NCBI GenBank assembly: GCA_900543695.1
Contig: UQSG01000001.1
Span: 10,136-74,135 of the forward strand
Direction of reading: 5' to 3'
DNA: 64,000 nucleotides
Source of the DNA: an uncultured Clostridium sp.
GTDB lineage: Bacteria; Bacillota; Clostridia; UBA1212; UBA1255
This document shows positions 9,509-16,566 of this stretch, one piece after another; position 1 is the stretch's first letter, and each line of letters begins with the position of its first letter. The position numbers and the translations under genes were made by a program. The notes under the pieces were generated by a model. It saw only the letters and a list, made by a program, of their open reading frames with translations. It had not been told where the DNA came from and ran no database searches.

Positions 9509-11029
9509 TTACGATTCCGACGGAATCGTATATTCTGTTACGGTACTTTCTCCGAATGTGTTGCGCGTCTGAATATAGCAGACATTTCCGTCTCTTTCTT
9601 CGGGGAGCTCGACACCGTCATTAATATTGTAATAGACCCATTCCCCCTGCGTCTCCGCATCAAAGGAAATCCGGTATTCGGTTGGATAGCCATCCAGGGA
9701 AAGGAAAAGCGCATCGTCGTCTGAAGAAAGGACCTCAGGGGCAGGCGGCGCCTCCTGCTTCCAGTAATTCAGCTTATACAGATTTGTTTTGACATTGTCA
9801 AACACAAGAAAACCGAAATCCACATTTGGTTCAATATGGGTGCTGCCATACAGCGACACTCCCTCCTGCGGCTGCTCCTTCCAGGCCATCGCATAATTAA
9901 AGCGGTTGATCAGAAGCGCTTTGGGAGACAGCTCCGCCACACCGCGGAGCGTACGTTCAAACGTCGTCTGACCGTTTACAATGTGATTCAGCTCATCCCA
10001 GTTCTCGCCGCCTTTATGGAGCGAGGCCCAGGCGATCATTTGCTCCACGCTTCCATCCGCAGCGTCTTTGTGGAAAATACGGTACATGCCTTCCCCGGCG
10101 TCAGGATCCTCTTCAGATTCTACAAAGAACCAAAGCGGCACATCGCCGGAAATGGACTTGCTTCCATCCTTCTGCTCTTCCGTATATGGAGACAAATAGC
10201 CGTTGCTGAAGCGAATATTGAAGCGCTCATCATCAAATATTTCAGTCCCCTCCGCTACTTTTTTCTGAAGCTCTGAATCAATAAAAATGATGAGAAACGG
10301 CTTGGAAGCGCGATCGGTCCCGTCCTGCAGACGATACCAGGCATCAGGATACTGTTCGTACAGCGTATAAACATCCGTCAGCACTTCATTCAGCGCATCG
10401 TAATTTTCCCCACTGAGCCGCACTGTAATGTAAATCTTGGGCGATTCGAAGCCAAGCGACGCCGATGCCTCCTTTAGAAGCACCTCCGTGTTTGCATAGA
10501 CTCCGTACGTATATTTATACCAGTCCTGTCCCGGCGTTTCCAGCCGGTAAGAAGTATAGTTGGTCCAGTCTACCGCCACGCCGTTGCAGCCGAGCGCTGA
10601 CATCCAATACAAATGCTGTCTGGCCGTTTCCGGATCTCTTTGATCATATAGGCCCATCAGCGGCGTTGTCGTCCGGTAATTGCCGCTCACCTGGACTGTG
10701 TCGGGATGCTGCGGGTTCAGCGGCCACCACCCTCTTTGCGGACGGCCGTTCGTCGTCGGTCCCGTGTCGATATCATACCACATAATCATATCCATGGTTC
10801 TTCTGCCCTCTTCTCTTGCGCTGAGCGTCTGCGGCTTTTCCACCGGTTTCGGTTCAGCAGCTCCTCTGCCGACATAGAAATAGATTCCAACCGCACACAG
10901 CACGGCCGCGCAAACAACCGCTGTTAAAGTGCAGCCCTTTGCCGAAAGCCTTTTCTTTGCATACAGTACAAACAGAAGAAGCGCGGCGATAACCGCCAGG
11001 AAAACAAGAAGCAATATTTTTACAAGCAT
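9509..11029 (-). CDS. N-terminally membrane-anchored extracytoplasmic protein, possible glycan-active enzyme
   Basis: 506 aa. Two N-terminal hydrophobic helices (LLLVFLAVIAALLLFVLYA; LTAVVCAAVLCAVGIYFYV) followed by a large soluble domain with an aromatic-rich segment HLYWMSALGCNGVAVDWTNYTSY. Function is inferred only from context. Confidence 0.35.
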   Translation of the reverse strand: MLVKILLLVFLAVIAALLLFVLYAKKRLSAKGCTLTAVVCAAVLCAVGIYFYVGRGAAEPKPVEKPQTLSAREEGRRTMDMIMWYDIDTGPTTNGRPQRGWWPLNPQHPDTVQVSGNYRTTTPLMGLYDQRDPETARQHLYWMSALGCNGVAVDWTNYTSYRLETPGQDWYKYTYGVYANTEVLLKEASASLGFESPKIYITVRLSGENYDALNEVLTDVYTLYEQYPDAWYRLQDGTDRASKPFLIIFIDSELQKKVAEGTEIFDDERFNIRFSNGYLSPYTEEQKDGSKSISGDVPLWFFVESEEDPDAGEGMYRIFHKDAADGSVEQMIAWASLHKGGENWDELNHIVNGQTTFERTLRGVAELSPKALLINRFNYAMAWKEQPQEGVSLYGSTHIEPNVDFGFLVFDNVKTNLYKLNYWKQEAPPAPEVLSSDDDALFLSLDGYPTEYRISFDAETQGEWVYYNINDGVELPEERDGNVCYIQTRNTFGESTVTEYTIPSES

Positions 11030-11052
11030 ACTATGCCACGCCTCCTATTTTT

Positions 11053-12174
11053 TCATGCATTGTTTTTTCTGCGCCGGATCACAATCCCAGCCGTCGCGCC
11101 AATGAGAAACGCCGCTGAAATGCCGAGCAGAAGTCCGGAATCACCGGTTGACGGGTTCGGCTTCTCCGGATCGGGATTCTGGTCCGGGTTCTGATCATCC
11201 GGATCGACAGGAATCTCAGGATCAACCGGATCCTCCGCCTCCGCCGTCTTACTGAGCTTCAGCGCATCCAGACGCGCACAGAATCTTCCGGAGCCATTGT
11301 CAACGCTAGAAATCGTGATTTTATGAATTCCTGCGGCCAGCTCTATCTCGCCCAGCTCCTGCTCTTCAAGCGTCCAGCCGCCGTCATGGTACAGATTGAC
11401 CGGCTCGCCAATCTCCTGACCATCGATCGCAATCTGAACGGAGCAGCTGTCATTGTTTAAGATGTAGGCAAGAGAAACGTTGTATTTTCCGGACTGCGGA
11501 ACAACGAGAGACACCGTTTCCAGAGAACGTCCAGCTTCATAGAAGTCCACGTTGACTATGGCGTCAACCGGCAGCGCTTCATGCGTGTAATTGCTTTCCA
11601 GATGGAATTCATCAGATTTGGTATATGCGTTTCCTTCAAATTCAAAGACAATTTCATCCGAGGGCGTCAGCTCCTCCAGGGTAAGATAATCCAGCAGCGC
11701 GCAGTAATACGCCGACTCCTGACTTGTAAAGGTCAGCGTATGCGTGCCTGCGGACAAAGTCATCAGGCCGACCGTTTTTTTACCAGCCTCCCAGCCGGCG
11801 CCGTTGTTCAGATTGATCTGACTGTCAATTACAGTGCCGTCAATTTTCATTTCTAAAATTCCGCCGTCCTGGTTCAATACGTATCCTAAAGTAATGAGAT
11901 AAATAGCTTCCTTTTCTACAGTGAACGTAGTTTCCAGAGCGTTTCCTGCCTCATAAAAGTTTACGTTCGCCGCACTTTCTACCGGGAGCGCCTCATGCAC
12001 AAAAGGCACCTCGAGAAAAAATTCTCCAGTTTGTGTCCATTCCTGATCTTCCAGCTCGAAGGTGATCTGCTCCTCGGCCGCACCTGCCGGAAGCAGGCTG
12101 CAAGCAAAAAGCGCCGCAACCACAAAGAAAATTAGGAAGCTAGCTTTACTTTTTCTTAATCCATGTTTTACCAT
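11053..12174 (-). CDS. Secreted surface protein with two tandem ~125-aa carbohydrate-binding-like beta-sandwich repeats, Pro/Asp linker and C-terminal transmembrane anchor
   Basis: Start reassigned to the internal Met (MVKHGLRKSKASFLIFFVVAALFAC), which follows RBS AAGGAGGA-N9-ATG. Repeat 1 ITFELEDQEW..LDYLTLEEL and repeat 2 IVFEFEGNAY..LDALKLSK are clearly homologous. Linker DPVDPEIPVDPDDQNPDQNPDPEKPNP. C-terminal LLLGISAAFLIGATAGIVIRRRKNNA. Confidence 0.55.
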   Translation of the reverse strand: MVKHGLRKSKASFLIFFVVAALFACSLLPAGAAEEQITFELEDQEWTQTGEFFLEVPFVHEALPVESAANVNFYEAGNALETTFTVEKEAIYLITLGYVLNQDGGILEMKIDGTVIDSQINLNNGAGWEAGKKTVGLMTLSAGTHTLTFTSQESAYYCALLDYLTLEELTPSDEIVFEFEGNAYTKSDEFHLESNYTHEALPVDAIVNVDFYEAGRSLETVSLVVPQSGKYNVSLAYILNNDSCSVQIAIDGQEIGEPVNLYHDGGWTLEEQELGEIELAAGIHKITISSVDNGSGRFCARLDALKLSKTAEAEDPVDPEIPVDPDDQNPDQNPDPEKPNPSTGDSGLLLGISAAFLIGATAGIVIRRRKNNA

Positions 12175-12338
12175 TTTAAAAATCCTCCTTTTCTTTTGAC
12201 AACTGTTCTGCCTAAAAAGATACCCCAAACATACATTCTTTTAAATAGACATTATCGTTTTTTTGTTGGACAATTCATAACACATTTTTTTGTAAAAAAT
12301 GTTTGGCGATAAGAAAATCTGGATATTTTTGTAAAAAA

Positions 12339-12373
12339 GAAGATAATTTCAATTTTAATTTGAAATTATCTTC
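12339..12373. repeat. Perfect 14-bp AT-rich inverted repeat (GAAGATAATTTCAA-N7-TTGAAATTATCTTC) between the kinase and surface-protein genes
   Basis: Read directly. On the minus strand it is followed by a U-run, so it could be a weak terminator after the kinase gene, or an operator. Flanked by two TTTTTGTAAAAAA direct repeats in an AT-rich ~190-bp spacer. Confidence 0.5.
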
Positions 12374-12421
12374 GAAAAACCAAATAATACAGCTTTCTTA
12401 TATTTTGTACAAAACCGAGCT

Positions 12422-13885
12422 TCAGCGTTCCAGCATTTCCTGATACAGAGCATATTTTTCTCTGTAGACAGGAACCTTATGCGCGTCCGGAGAAAAGGTC
12501 TTCCGAATATGAACCATTTCTCTGGCAGCCGTATGATAATCCGGATATGCGCCGCAGCAAATGGAAGCAGCGATCGCAGCGCCCATTGCGCCGAGCTCTT
12601 TTCCGTCTACGACCTGCAGGGGCGTCTCAAGAACGTCGGCAAACAGCTGCATCCACACATCTGAATTTGCCGCGCCGCCCGCAATTCGAATATAAGGCGG
12701 CGTCTTTCTGTACTTCAGCAGTCTTTCAACATGCTGCTTGTGGGAAAATGCGACGCCCTCATATACCGCCCGCAGAAGATGCTCCGTACCATGACCGCTG
12801 TGCAGTCCTACCCACGCAGCATGCTTCCGGTTCCGTGCGTTGCTGCCGTATAAAAACGGGAAAAACAGAAGCGAAGAGGATTCCGGCGCTACAGAGGCCA
12901 CCATATTGTCGATTTCCCCGTAAGAGGGCTTATCCTTCCCAAACAATATGCCGCGTACCCAGTCCAGATTCCCTGCGGAAGTCGGACTGCTTTCTTCGAT
13001 AAGGTAATATCCCGGCATACAGAAAAGCGAATGATTCACGCCCTCCTCCGGCGCAACCGGTTCCTGCGATATATATTCGTTGATGCTCCACGTTCCGGTA
13101 ATAACGCAGATTGGAACGGAATCAGAGACGTCCATGGCGATCGCGCAGGCATCGATATCGAACATGCCTCCGCACACCGGAATTCCCTCGGGAAGCCCCG
13201 TACAGGCCGCTGCTTCTTTCGTTACGCAGCCACAGTGCGCTGAGGAATCCGCTAACGGCGGCAGACATTCCGCAATCTCCGGGATTCCGTAAAGTCTCAG
13301 CAATTCCGGATCATACGCTTTCTTCCGGAGGTTCAGAAGTCCCGTTCCGGAGGAATCCGTATATTCAGCGAAAGGACGGCCTGTCAGCATAAAGCGGATA
13401 TAATCCTTTGCTTCAAACACCCATTGAATGTTCTGATATACCTCCGGCTGATTCCGCTTCAGCCAGGCAAGGAGCGCAGTCGGCTGACATGCCAGAGTGG
13501 ATTGAAGATTCAGCAGCCCCGCCTGCGCCGTCGTTCCGTTCTGCTCCCATTCCCGAACGAGCTCGGCCGCCCGCTGGTCTGTCGAAGCAATTGCCGGCGC
13601 GCACGGTTTGCCGTCCTTTCCCCAGAGATACAGTCCTTTCCCATGACCGGTACATCCCACTGCGGCAATTTTCTCCGGAGCAATGCCGGAAGCAGATATC
13701 GCCTTTTGTATGGCAGCCGTCGTCTTCTCCCACAGAAAAATCATATCCCGTTCGTGATAGCCTTCCCGCACCACTGTAACGGGAGTTTGTTCAGAGGCAG
13801 CGCTCATCTGCTGCCCGCTGGAGGAAAATACGGCGGCCTTGATATTGGTTCCGCCATTGTCAATCCCTACAAAATATCGTTCCAT
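12422..13885 (-). CDS. FGGY-family carbohydrate kinase (pentulose kinase; L-xylulokinase/ribulokinase-like)
   Basis: 487 aa. N-terminal GIDNGGTNIKAAVF actin-fold ATPase motif. C-terminal FGGY motif IRIAGGAANSDVWMQLFADVLETP. RBS GAGGAG-N8-ATG. Sits between the isomerase-like gene and the surface-protein genes. Confidence 0.75.
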   Translation of the reverse strand: MERYFVGIDNGGTNIKAAVFSSSGQQMSAASEQTPVTVVREGYHERDMIFLWEKTTAAIQKAISASGIAPEKIAAVGCTGHGKGLYLWGKDGKPCAPAIASTDQRAAELVREWEQNGTTAQAGLLNLQSTLACQPTALLAWLKRNQPEVYQNIQWVFEAKDYIRFMLTGRPFAEYTDSSGTGLLNLRKKAYDPELLRLYGIPEIAECLPPLADSSAHCGCVTKEAAACTGLPEGIPVCGGMFDIDACAIAMDVSDSVPICVITGTWSINEYISQEPVAPEEGVNHSLFCMPGYYLIEESSPTSAGNLDWVRGILFGKDKPSYGEIDNMVASVAPESSSLLFFPFLYGSNARNRKHAAWVGLHSGHGTEHLLRAVYEGVAFSHKQHVERLLKYRKTPPYIRIAGGAANSDVWMQLFADVLETPLQVVDGKELGAMGAAIAASICCGAYPDYHTAAREMVHIRKTFSPDAHKVPVYREKYALYQEMLER

Positions 13886-13906
13886 ATCCCGTTTCTCCTC
13901 TGTCCG

Positions 13907-15100
13907 TTATGCCTGCGCCTCGGCAGCAGGATAATGCTTCAGCATAACAAGCGGTTCATATGCGCTGGCATTTTCGACGAGCACGCCGTTCGAAGCGGCA
14001 GGATAAGAAACAAAAAATTCATCTTCGCTTTTCTGTCCAAAGCGCAGCATGGTCGCCGCAGCACAGCGCTGCCCGGCCAGCTTGCCGTAGCCCTGCACAA
14101 CGATGCAGCCGTATGCGGTGTCATCCGTGATCCGTGCAGAGCAGCCTGGATATACAGTCAGCTCTTTTGCCGCAATGTACTCGTTTCCGTATACAATCTG
14201 CTTTACCATATAGCTTTCCGTTTGTTCCAAAATAATGGGCGGACGGAAATAGTGTTCTTTATATTGCGGATCGATGTTCTTTTCCCAGTCCATCATTTCA
14301 ATAACATAGTCCGGATCTCCCCAATGCTCCGGCGGACAGTTTTCATAGAGGAAGCTGTCGTCATAGATTTCGCTGTCAGTAATATTTTCGAAGACCGCAT
14401 TTACGTCCGAATTCCACTGCGGTTCATAAGTAAGATAGGAGCCGGGAGCATGCAGCACTCCGGGCGGCGTATACCAGCCGGTTCCCAATTCGATCCGATA
14501 CGCTCTGGAAAGCTCTGTGATCCGCAGATCCCGCTTTTGATAGTCCCTCAGACGTTCCCGCAGATCATCCTTGGTGGTATCCGCAGTAAATCCAAAATAA
14601 GTGTGCGGAAATTTTCCGGGATAGTTATTATATTGCGGCGGATAATAATACGCCTCCGGTTTTCCCAGCTTTCCGACGCGCGCTGCAGCTTCAAAGCCCA
14701 GATGCATATGATGGAACAGAGGTCCCTCGTAATCAAAAAATTTGGAGTACATCGGCCACGTCTGGTGCCGTCTGTAACAGTTCTCTCCGATCATTTCTTC
14801 CCGAAGCGTATCGACAAATGCCTTCAGCGTGATTCTTTCCCCGCTGCAGCCATCCAGGTTTACATAGCTCATACCTTCGTCCGGCGCGGCGTCGGGGCCG
14901 TTCATTGCTGTAATTACAGAAGAAAACCAGCGTTCCTTAATGGAACCGCGTTTTGTGCCAAGCGCATAATAATCATCGGGATGCAGCCGCAGACGTCTGC
15001 CCGCCGTTCCGAAGCGGCGCGGTACGAATGTCGGGATAAGCGGAAGAACACCGCCGCGATCCTGAAAAAATGAATTTATAATTTCTTTTTCTGAACTCAT
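13907..15100 (-). CDS. Type-I phosphomannose-isomerase-like cupin protein (putative sugar aldose-ketose isomerase)
   Basis: 397 aa. Segments KFFDYEGPLFHHMHLGFE, EAYYYP and GTGWYTPPGVLHAPGS..EPQWNSDVNAVF parallel the Zn-binding and cupin motifs of class I PMI (KLLD..SIQVHPDD; ECWYII; FYYVPSGTLHA..ETQQNSDATYRV) as recalled. RBS AAAGGAAGAG. Confidence 0.45.
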   Translation of the reverse strand: MSSEKEIINSFFQDRGGVLPLIPTFVPRRFGTAGRRLRLHPDDYYALGTKRGSIKERWFSSVITAMNGPDAAPDEGMSYVNLDGCSGERITLKAFVDTLREEMIGENCYRRHQTWPMYSKFFDYEGPLFHHMHLGFEAAARVGKLGKPEAYYYPPQYNNYPGKFPHTYFGFTADTTKDDLRERLRDYQKRDLRITELSRAYRIELGTGWYTPPGVLHAPGSYLTYEPQWNSDVNAVFENITDSEIYDDSFLYENCPPEHWGDPDYVIEMMDWEKNIDPQYKEHYFRPPIILEQTESYMVKQIVYGNEYIAAKELTVYPGCSARITDDTAYGCIVVQGYGKLAGQRCAAATMLRFGQKSEDEFFVSYPAASNGVLVENASAYEPLVMLKHYPAAEAQA

Positions 15101-15447
15101 TTCATCTCTTCCTTTCTATATATTCTGTATATCAGTGTATAAATAAAAAGAGATTCTCTCAATGTACAATTTCTTGTTATCCATGGACAAATGCGTAAAA
15201 CCGGCTGCGGAAACGGAAGACGGCAAAATGTAAACCCAATGAGAAATGGATCACGGCAGATCTGACAATGGGCGCCGTCGAATCGAAATTTGCAGATATT
15301 ATCTGGCAAAATGAAGCAATTTCATCCGCCGGGCCTGCAAGCAAAGCCAACAATTGCTGGGCTGGAAGAAGAGCACATCTTTTACTGTGCTGAGGAGGAG
15401 CTCGAATATCTGCGCCGCCTGGTTGCAGAATACGAGGAGGAATAGAC

Positions 15448-15757
15448 ATGCAGGACTTCTTTCTTGATCGTCTTAATAAGAGTATTGCTGCAGGCTGGCT
15501 GGTTCTGGCCGTTATTGTGCTGCAGCCTGCTCTTTTAAGAATGCGTCTCGCCGGTTCTGCTTCTTGAAGGCGAGCCCCGGGAATTCATGATTTCCGGCAA
15601 GGATGAAACAGTTCTGGTTTACGTCTATGAAAGCCCGGCAGCCGCAGCGAAGCAGCAAGGGCTTGTTTCCAGCGACGGTTTTAGAATAATAATAAAGCAA
15701 AACGAAAACGAGTCATCCGAGATCATCTACGAATGGATTTCAGCGCCGCATTGGTAG
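15448..15757 (+). pseudogene. Apparent frameshifted remnant of a small membrane-anchored protein gene
   Basis: ATG at 15448 encodes MQDFFLDRLNKSIAAGWLVLAVIVLQPALLRMRLAGSAS then stops. The +1 frame from ~15539 continues ..VSPVLLLEGEPREFMISGKDETVLVYVYESPAAAAKQQGLVSSDGFRIIIKQNENESSEIIYEWISAPHW and stops at 15757. A one-base indel near 15530-15545 would join the two. Lies in a ~740-bp region that is otherwise non-coding. Confidence 0.3.
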
Positions 15758-15840
15758 CTCCGCGGCAACACGATCGCATTCTATGTCGGTACGGATGCGG
15801 CGGGCGCTTCCCCTTTCCGTTCTTCTTCGAGCCCTGTTTA

Positions 15841-16566
15841 TTATAAAACCTTAGAAAGAAAGTCCTTCGTCCGTGCGTGCTGCGGATTTCCAAACAGCTC
15901 CTCCGGCGTGTTTTGTTCGATGATCACGCCTTCATCCATAAACAGGACGCGGTTTGCCACCTCTTTTGCAAATCCCATCTCGTGTGTTACCACAATCATC
16001 GTCATGCCTTCATCCGCCAGCTCGTGCATCAGAGACAGCACCTCGCCTACCATTTCCGGATCCAGCGCGCTCGTCGGTTCGTCAAACAGCATAACCTCCG
16101 GATTCATGGCAAGCGCCCGCACGATCGCAACACGCTGCTTCTGCCCTCCGGAAATCATGGAGGGATACGCGTTGACCTTGTCCGCAAGCCCGATCCGTTT
16201 CAGCAGCCGGTTCGCATTTTCCGCCGCCTCTTCCTTTGTTTGCAGCTTCAGCTTTACCGGAGCAAAAGAAATATTTTCCAGAATTGTAAAATGAGGAAAT
16301 AAATTAAAATGCTGAAAAACCATCCCCATGCTGCAGCGGATTTTATTAATATCCACATTTGGTGCCGTAATATCCACGCCTTTAAAAAGCACCTTTCCGC
16401 TCGTGGGCGTTTCCAGCAGGTTCAGGCAGCGCAGGAACGTGCTCTTTCCCGAGCCGGAAGGGCCTATCACGACAACCTTTTCATTTTTTTGAATTTTCTC
16501 GCTGATACCGTTTAATACGATTTTTTTGCCGTCAAACGTCTTTACGAGATTTTCAGTTTCGATCAC
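15841..16566 (-). CDS. Polar amino acid-type ABC transporter ATP-binding protein (GlnQ/HisP-like)
   Basis: 241 aa. Walker [10 protein letters not shown]. Signature [15 protein letters not shown]. Walker [13 protein letters not shown]-loop VVTHEM. Start overlaps the permease stop by 14 nt. Confidence 0.9.
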   Translation of the reverse strand: MIETENLVKTFDGKKIVLNGISEKIQKNEKVVVIGPSGSGKSTFLRCLNLLETPTSGKVLFKGVDITAPNVDINKIRCSMGMVFQHFNLFPHFTILENISFAPVKLKLQTKEEAAENANRLLKRIGLADKVNAYPSMISGGQKQRVAIVRALAMNPEVMLFDEPTSALDPEMVGEVLSLMHELADEGMTMIVVTHEMGFAKEVANRVLFMDEGVIIEQNTPEELFGNPQHARTKDFLSKVL

